Source: Spirochaetales bacterium
GTDB taxonomy: Bacteria > Spirochaetota > Spirochaetia > Treponematales > UBA12059
Assembly: GCA_016928955.1 (NCBI GenBank)
Contig: JAFGJV010000046.1
Coordinates: 1 to 32,202 of the forward strand
Length of the DNA: 32,202 nt
Direction: 5' to 3'
Shown here: positions 26,544-32,202 of the stretch, piece by piece
Position numbering within the stretch: the stretch's first letter is position 1
Layout: each line of letters begins with the position of its first letter
Made by a program: the position numbers and the translations under genes
The notes under the pieces: generated by a model
Databases searched by the model: none
Seen by the model: the letters and a program-made list of their open reading frames with translations, nothing else
Told to the model about the DNA's origin: nothing

Positions 26544-28253
26544 ATGCCCAAGATTGAAGTCAACGAAAAGCTGTTCTTCCAGCTGGTCGGCCGCAGCATG
26601 GCCGAGGCCGAGCTCGAGCTGGCCCTGACGGCGGCCAAGGCCGAGCTGGACGGCTTTGGCACGGACGGGGAAGGCCCCGCCGCGGAACGCACCATCAAGA
26701 TAGAGCTGAACGACACCAACCGGCCGGATCTCTGGTCCACCGCCGGGCTGGCCCGCCAGCTCCGCGTGTACTCGGGCGGCGGCATGCCCCAGTATCCCTT
26801 CTTCTCCAGCGAGGGCGACAAGCGGCAGTCGGAGTACCGGGCCGTGGTGGACGCGTCGGTCAAGGACGTCAGGCCCTACCTGGCGGCCTTTGTCATTTCA
26901 GGCAAGCCCATCAGCGACGCCATGCTCAAGGACGCCATCCAGACCCAGGAAAAGCTGTGCGCCAACTTCGGGCGCAAGCGCAAGAGCGTGTCCATGGGCC
27001 TTTACCGCATAGAGCTTATCAAGTGGCCCGTGAGCTACAAGGCGGTACCGCCAGAGTCGGCCAAGTTCAAGCCCCTGGGCATGGACCGGGAGCTGGACCT
27101 GCGCTCCATCCTGTCAGAGCATCCCAAGGGCAAGGAATACGGCCACATCATAGCCGGATTTCCGCGCTTTCCCCTCCTGACCGGGGCGGACGGCGGCATC
27201 CTGTCCATGGCGCCCGTGATCAACTCGAACGACATAGGCGCCGTTCAGGTGGGCGACAAGGACCTCTTGGTCGAATTCACCGGCACGGATTTTCCATCGG
27301 TGGCCCTGTCGGCCAACATCGTGGCCTGCGATTTCTTTGACGCGGGCTACGACATCAAGCCGGTGGCCGTGGACTATCCCTATGACACGCCCTTTGGCCG
27401 CTCGGTCACCTTTCCGTACTATTTCCAGGCGCCCGCCAGCGTCGATTCGGGCAAGGTAAGCAAGCTCCTGGGCATGAGTTTCAGCCCGGACGCCGTGGTG
27501 GCGGCCCTGTCCCGCATGGGCGTGGAGGCGGAAGCCCACGGCCAGTACGTGAGGGCGCGCACGCCCGAGTACCGCAACGACTTCCTGCACCAGGTGGACC
27601 TGGTTGAGGACGCCATGATAGGTCGGGGCATGGACCAGTTTACCCCCGAGCGTCCGCGCGACTTCACCATAGGCCGGCTTCATCCGGTGGAGCTGTTCAC
27701 GCGCAGGGCCAAGGACGTCATGGTCGGCATGGGCTACCAGGAAATGGTGTACGCGTACCTCGGCAGCCGCCGGGACTACGTGGAGCGCATGAACGCTGAC
27801 GGCTCAGACGTGCTGCGCGTGTCCAATCCCATGACGGAGAATTTCGAGCTCGTGCGGCCGTCCATACTGCCGGAGCTCCTCAATTCGGAGTCCGTGTCCA
27901 GCAAGGCTCCGTACCCGCACCGCATCTTTGAGGCGGGCAAGGTGGCGTTCCGCGACGCCAAGGAAAACTACGGCGCGTCCACCAGGCAGAGGCTCGGCCT
28001 CCTGACCTGCCATGCCCAGGCGGACTACAACGAGCTTGCCGGCGTGGTGTCCGCCCTGCTGTACTACCTAGGTCACGACTACTCCGTGACGGAGTCCGAC
28101 GATCCTCGCTTCATGGCCGGGCGGCAGGCCCGCGTGGTGGCCGGGGGAAAGGACGTTGGCGTGTTCGGCGAGCTCAATCCGCAGGTGCTGGAAAACTGGG
28201 GCATCACCATGCCCTGTGCCGCCGGGGAGCTGGACCTTGAAGCGCTGATGTGA
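26544..28253 (+). CDS. pheT: Phenylalanyl-tRNA synthetase beta subunit, short archaeal/eukaryal type
   Basis: 569 aa; NRPDLWS, QTQEKL, YRNDFLHQVDLVED, NPMTENF..VRPSILP, FGELNPQVL; lacks the bacterial B2 and B8 domains. Confidence 0.96.
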   Translation: MPKIEVNEKLFFQLVGRSMAEAELELALTAAKAELDGFGTDGEGPAAERTIKIELNDTNRPDLWSTAGLARQLRVYSGGGMPQYPFFSSEGDKRQSEYRAVVDASVKDVRPYLAAFVISGKPISDAMLKDAIQTQEKLCANFGRKRKSVSMGLYRIELIKWPVSYKAVPPESAKFKPLGMDRELDLRSILSEHPKGKEYGHIIAGFPRFPLLTGADGGILSMAPVINSNDIGAVQVGDKDLLVEFTGTDFPSVALSANIVACDFFDAGYDIKPVAVDYPYDTPFGRSVTFPYYFQAPASVDSGKVSKLLGMSFSPDAVVAALSRMGVEAEAHGQYVRARTPEYRNDFLHQVDLVEDAMIGRGMDQFTPERPRDFTIGRLHPVELFTRRAKDVMVGMGYQEMVYAYLGSRRDYVERMNADGSDVLRVSNPMTENFELVRPSILPELLNSESVSSKAPYPHRIFEAGKVAFRDAKENYGASTRQRLGLLTCHAQADYNELAGVVSALLYYLGHDYSVTESDDPRFMAGRQARVVAGGKDVGVFGELNPQVLENWGITMPCAAGELDLEALM

Positions 28254-28262
28254 GGTGGACGC

Positions 28263-30029
28263 ATGAACCTTAAGAAGCGTTTCTCCCGGGTGCCGGACAG
28301 GCTGTACCCCAACTTCCGCGCCATGTTCGACTCTGTGTGCGCCGAGTACGGGAGCTTGCCGGCTTTCCGCGCGCGCGCGCAGGACGGCGCCCCGTATACC
28401 ATCTGGACCTACGTGGAACTCAGGCGCCTTGCGTACTCCGCGGCTCGCTGGATGCACAGGCGCGGCGTGCGCCCGGGCGACAGGGTAGCCATCATCGCCG
28501 AGAACCGCCCCGAATGGATCCTGGCCTATGTGGCCGGGGTGGCCATGGGCGCCGTGGTCGTTCCCCTGGACTCCACCATGGACGCTGCGGGCGTGCTTGG
28601 CATAGCCAGGGCATCGGGCAGCAAGGTGCTCTTCCATTCAGATGCGCACGCGGCCAAGGCCAAGGAAGCAAAGGCGACGCTCGGCTCCCTGGAGCTTGTC
28701 AATTTTGACCTGGACGCCGGTGACGACGGCCGGGACGGCCTTTTGTCCTGGGAGGCAGCCCTGGCTCAGGCGGCATCGGCCGGGGACGACGACGAGCTCC
28801 CGCAGGCCGGCTCGATAGACGGGAACAGCCCCGCCGTGATCATCTTCACATCCGGCACCACCGGCGTCGCCAAGGGCATCATGCTCAGCCACCGCGGCAT
28901 CATAGCAAACATCAACGCGGCCAGGCAGGCTTTGGTGGTCGGCAAGGACGACGTGTTCATAGCCATTCTGCCCCTGCACCACACCTACGCGGCCACGTGC
29001 ACCTTCCTGTCCCCCCTTGAGGCCGGCGGCTCCATCGTGTTCGTGGAGAAGCTCATACCCACGGTGATACTCCGCCATGTGCGCGACGCCGGGGTAACGG
29101 TCATGATAGGCGTACCCCTGTTGTTCGACAAAATCAAACAGGGCGTGCGCGGGGAGCTGGCCAAGCTCAAGGGCGCAGCCCGGCTGGTGGTCAGGTCTCT
29201 GTTCGGCCTGTCTGCCTTCCTGTCCGGGGCGCTGGGGATGCCGGCCGGGTGGTTTTTGCTCGGTTTCCTGAGACGAAAGGCCGGGCTTGCGTCCGTACGC
29301 CTGGCCGTGTCTGGGGGCGGGCCCCTGGCCTGGGATACGGCTGCCTTCTATGACGCCTTTGGGCTCAATCTGGTCCAGGGCTACGGCATGAGCGAAAACG
29401 GCCCCCTCATTTCGGTCAACCTGCCCGAGTACAAGGACAACCGCTCGGCGGGCGTCGCCGTGAAGTACACGGATGTGCGGATAGCGGATCCCGGCCTGGA
29501 CGGGGTGGGCGAGATCCAGGTTAAGAGCCCGTCCCTCATGCTGGGTTACCTCAACGCTCCCGATGCCACGGCTGACGCCTTCAGCGCGGACGGCTGGCTG
29601 CGCACGGGCGACCTGGGGTACGTGGACCGCAGGGGCTTCATCTTCATCACCGGGCGGTCCAAGAACCTGATCGTTACCGAGGGCGGCAAAAACGTGTATC
29701 CCGAGGAGATAGAGCTCAAATTCGAGGGCTCGCCCTGGGTCAAGGAAGTCCTCATCCTGGGCAGGCGGCGGAGCGACACGGCCGCCGGCGAGGACGTGAT
29801 AGCCGTGTGCGTGCCCGACTTCGAGCGCGTGGCGGCAGAGCGCCCGGATTCGGACGCGGCCAGTCTGGTGCGCGACGAGGTTCGCAGGATCAACCGCAGT
29901 CTGCCCCAGTTCATGAAAATCGTCGACGTTATCATACGCGACGAGGAGTTCGAGAAAACCAGCTCGCGCAAGGTGCGTCGCTTCATGTACCGCCACTACG
30001 CTGAAGCCGGCCAGGGGAAACGACTGTGA
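28263..30029 (+). CDS. Long-chain fatty acid--CoA ligase (AMP-binding family)
   Basis: IIFTSGTTGVAKG, LPLHHTY, QGYGMSE, WLRTGDLG, GRSKNLIV..GKNVYPEEIE, KTSSRKVRR. Confidence 0.92.
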   Translation: MNLKKRFSRVPDRLYPNFRAMFDSVCAEYGSLPAFRARAQDGAPYTIWTYVELRRLAYSAARWMHRRGVRPGDRVAIIAENRPEWILAYVAGVAMGAVVVPLDSTMDAAGVLGIARASGSKVLFHSDAHAAKAKEAKATLGSLELVNFDLDAGDDGRDGLLSWEAALAQAASAGDDDELPQAGSIDGNSPAVIIFTSGTTGVAKGIMLSHRGIIANINAARQALVVGKDDVFIAILPLHHTYAATCTFLSPLEAGGSIVFVEKLIPTVILRHVRDAGVTVMIGVPLLFDKIKQGVRGELAKLKGAARLVVRSLFGLSAFLSGALGMPAGWFLLGFLRRKAGLASVRLAVSGGGPLAWDTAAFYDAFGLNLVQGYGMSENGPLISVNLPEYKDNRSAGVAVKYTDVRIADPGLDGVGEIQVKSPSLMLGYLNAPDATADAFSADGWLRTGDLGYVDRRGFIFITGRSKNLIVTEGGKNVYPEEIELKFEGSPWVKEVLILGRRRSDTAAGEDVIAVCVPDFERVAAERPDSDAASLVRDEVRRINRSLPQFMKIVDVIIRDEEFEKTSSRKVRRFMYRHYAEAGQGKRL

Positions 30030-30310
30030 GCCCTGAACTGGTCATACTGGCGGCCAGGCTGGGCTTTGTGGCCCTTGCCACCTTCCTGGCCATCGTGGTG
30101 TGGGCCAGAACCAGGGACGCGGCCTGGATGCTGGTGGTGGTGGGCATTGTGGCTGGCTACGCGGACATCCTGTACACGCTGTTGGGCGAGTTTGGCCTGG
30201 CTCCCGACCGCGCCAAGGGCGTATTCCCCGTGCTCGCCCTCATACTCCCGAATCTGCCCTGGCTGTTCTTCTCCATAGCCTTTGCGGTCATGATACGACG
30301 CAAGCGCTAG
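30026..30310 (+). CDS. Small integral membrane protein (three predicted TM segments)
   Basis: GTGA overlap with the ligase stop; 94 aa with three hydrophobic stretches, W.RTRD.AW loop and basic C-terminus RRKR. Confidence 0.75.
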   Translation: MSPELVILAARLGFVALATFLAIVVWARTRDAAWMLVVVGIVAGYADILYTLLGEFGLAPDRAKGVFPVLALILPNLPWLFFSIAFAVMIRRKR

Positions 30311-30375
30311 CGGAAGATCGGTCGACGCCCGGATCGTAGCGCAAGCGCCCGGCGTCCGCGCCGCGTATACGGCGC

Positions 30376-31923
30376 ATGAAGGTATACGCGTTTGAGGCGG
30401 TCGGGTTCCGTGGCCAGCTGGTCACCGTGGAGGTGGACATACGCCGCGGCATACCGGCCGTGGACATCGTGGGCCTGCCCGACGGGGCGGTCAAGGAGTC
30501 GCGGGAACGGGTACGCGCGGCGGTCAGGAATTCCGGCTACGACTTTCCCATGGACAGGATCCTGGTTAATCTGGCCCCCGCGGGCATACGGAAGGCGGGG
30601 GCCGGCTTTGACCTGCCCATCGCCCTGGCCATACTCCATGCGTCGGGCCAGATACCCGATCCAGGCTCGGACATACTGGCCCTTGGCGAGCTCGAGCTGT
30701 CCGGAACCGTGCGGAATTCGCCCGGTGTCCTGCCGGCCGTGGCCGCGGGACTGGCAGCGGGGCTTGAGAGCTTCATCGTCCCGCCAGCCAACGTGAACGA
30801 GGCCCGTGTTCTGGCCGGAGCGCAAGCCTGGCCGCTTGCCCGTCTGGCCGATGCCGCAGGGACGCTGGCCGAACTACGGGACGGGCTTGAGCCGCGCCAC
30901 GATTGCGGCGACCATGGCGGTACAAGCCAACCGAAGGCTGAAACGGTACCCGATATGGACATCAGCGTCATCCGGGGGCAGGGCAAGGTGCGCCGTGCCC
31001 TGGAACTGGCCGCGGCTGGTGGCCATCACCTGCTTCTGTTCGGCCCTCCCGGCGGCGGTAAGACCCTGGCCGCCCGCTGTCTGCCGTCCCTGTTGTCGGA
31101 TATGGGTGACGACGAAGCGATAGAGGCCACGGCGCTTCATTCCCTGGCCGGGGCCCTGCCCCCGGGGTCGGGCCTCATGCGGCGGCCTCCGTTCAGGGCT
31201 CCCCACCACGGCGCGTCAGCCGAGGGCATAGTAGGCGGGGGCAAGGCGCACCGGCCCGGAGAGATATCCCTGGCGCACGGAGGTATCCTGTTTCTGGATG
31301 AGGCGCCCGAATTCAAGACCGATGTGCTGCAAGCCCTCCGGGAGCCTATGGAAACACGCACCATCACCATAGCCAGGGCCGATAGGAGCGCGAGCTATCC
31401 GGCTTGTTTCATCCTGGTTGTCGCCTGCAACCCCTGTCCTTGCGGCAACCTAGGCAGGCCAGGAGCCGTATGCCTGTGCTCGCGGGAGGAAATTCGCCGG
31501 TATTGGAGGCGTCTGGGCGGGCCGTTCCTGGACAGGATAGACCTCCGGGTGCCCGTGGTGCCCGCCGGAATGGCTGATTTGGCCACGCCGCAGGGTGAAG
31601 GCAGCCTGCGTGTCAGAAAACGTGTGCGGGATGCGCGGGATATCCAGCGCCAGCGGCACCGGGGGATGCCGTGGAGCCTGAACGCACATATGTCTGTTGG
31701 GTCGATAGAACGGCACTGCTCGCTGGATCCGGATACCGCCGGGTGGTTTTCCCAAACCGCGACCACGATGGGCCTTTCCAGCAGGGCCCTGCATGGCGTC
31801 CTGAAAGTGGCCAGAACAGCCGCTGACCTGGACGCTTCTGCGAGGATACACACCGCCCATCTGGCTGAAGCCCTGGATTACCGACGGTATGGCGACGAGG
31901 ACCTGTACTGGCAGACACCATAG
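30376..31923 (+). CDS. comM: YifB/ComM-family Mg-chelatase-like AAA+ ATPase
   Basis: VGLPDGAVKESRERVR, NLAPA..RK.G..FDLPIA, GPPGGGKT, PFRAPHH, PGEISLAHGGILFLDE, NPCPCG, DRIDL, LKVARTAADL. Confidence 0.95.
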   Translation: MKVYAFEAVGFRGQLVTVEVDIRRGIPAVDIVGLPDGAVKESRERVRAAVRNSGYDFPMDRILVNLAPAGIRKAGAGFDLPIALAILHASGQIPDPGSDILALGELELSGTVRNSPGVLPAVAAGLAAGLESFIVPPANVNEARVLAGAQAWPLARLADAAGTLAELRDGLEPRHDCGDHGGTSQPKAETVPDMDISVIRGQGKVRRALELAAAGGHHLLLFGPPGGGKTLAARCLPSLLSDMGDDEAIEATALHSLAGALPPGSGLMRRPPFRAPHHGASAEGIVGGGKAHRPGEISLAHGGILFLDEAPEFKTDVLQALREPMETRTITIARADRSASYPACFILVVACNPCPCGNLGRPGAVCLCSREEIRRYWRRLGGPFLDRIDLRVPVVPAGMADLATPQGEGSLRVRKRVRDARDIQRQRHRGMPWSLNAHMSVGSIERHCSLDPDTAGWFSQTATTMGLSSRALHGVLKVARTAADLDASARIHTAHLAEALDYRRYGDEDLYWQTP

Positions 31924-31965
31924 CAGGCTGTTGACAAAGCTCGGATACGATTTGTCGGCAGCCTG
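31924..31965. repeat. 42-bp inverted-repeat element with 4-bp flanking direct repeat (MITE-like; may act as terminator)
   Basis: CAGGCTGTTGACAAA-12 nt-TTTGTCGGCAGCCTG (13/15 complementary, the two mismatches are G.U compatible), with ATAG at 31920-31923 and 31966-31969. Confidence 0.65.
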
Positions 31966-32000
31966 ATAGTCCAAAGTAGCTCGATGCGCCGTCTGACTTA

Positions 32001-32202
32001 TTGACAAGGTCGCTGCGTCCGGGCTATAAATACACATCAAAAATATGCGCGGTTGTTGACGCGGGTTCGGTTAAAGCGTTATCTTAATTGAGCGCCTTTT
32101 GACAAATCTGCACAGCATCATGTTGTTCTGCCCGGGCCGTTCGGCGTTTGTATACGCCTCTTTGTGATGGCCCCTTGACAGAACTTTGAACCTGCGCTAT
32201 AA
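32001..32202 (+). promoter_or_regulatory. Tandem sigma70 promoters pointing out of the window
   Basis: TTGACA(32001)-18-TATAAA; TTGACG(32056)-18-TATCTT; TTGACA(32099) with poor -10; TTGACA(32175)-17-TATAA cut by the window end. Confidence 0.75.

Noticed and set aside
31931..31951. TTGACA...TACGAT as a promoter
   Set aside because: Spacer only 9 bp; TTGACA is part of the inverted-repeat arm.

Overview
GC-rich bacterial chromosomal segment, very probably from a spirochaete (archaeal/eukaryal-type PheRS, uvrA-lptD adjacency, HD-protein-ybeY-corC-TPR block). The left ~2.6 kb is accessory: a truncated IS21 istA abutting an ISL3 transposase remnant, then a DUF4382 lipoprotein gene bracketed by two related palindromes. 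Next come a stand-alone class III nucleotidyl cyclase, an acyl-ACP thioesterase, uvrA, an LptD-like outer-membrane protein and a phoH-HD(7TM)-ybeY-corC-TPR operon. These are followed by gdhA, a secreted YGPY-repeat protein, a CASTOR/POLLUX-like ion channel coupled to a 1003-aa receiver/receiver/ATP-grasp(PPDK_N)/His-domain protein, pheS-pheT, a long-chain acyl-CoA ligase, a small membrane protein and comM/yifB. The window ends in tandem sigma70 promoters suggestive of an rRNA operon just outside it. The best candidate for an undescribed system is 16990-24923: the channel plus a PPDK-type kinase-like protein carrying its own phosphoacceptor receiver domain but no pyruvate domain, next to gdhA, with a shared CGAAGCT(T/G)TGA motif in all three promoter regions. 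All family calls are from motif recognition by eye; no searches were run.
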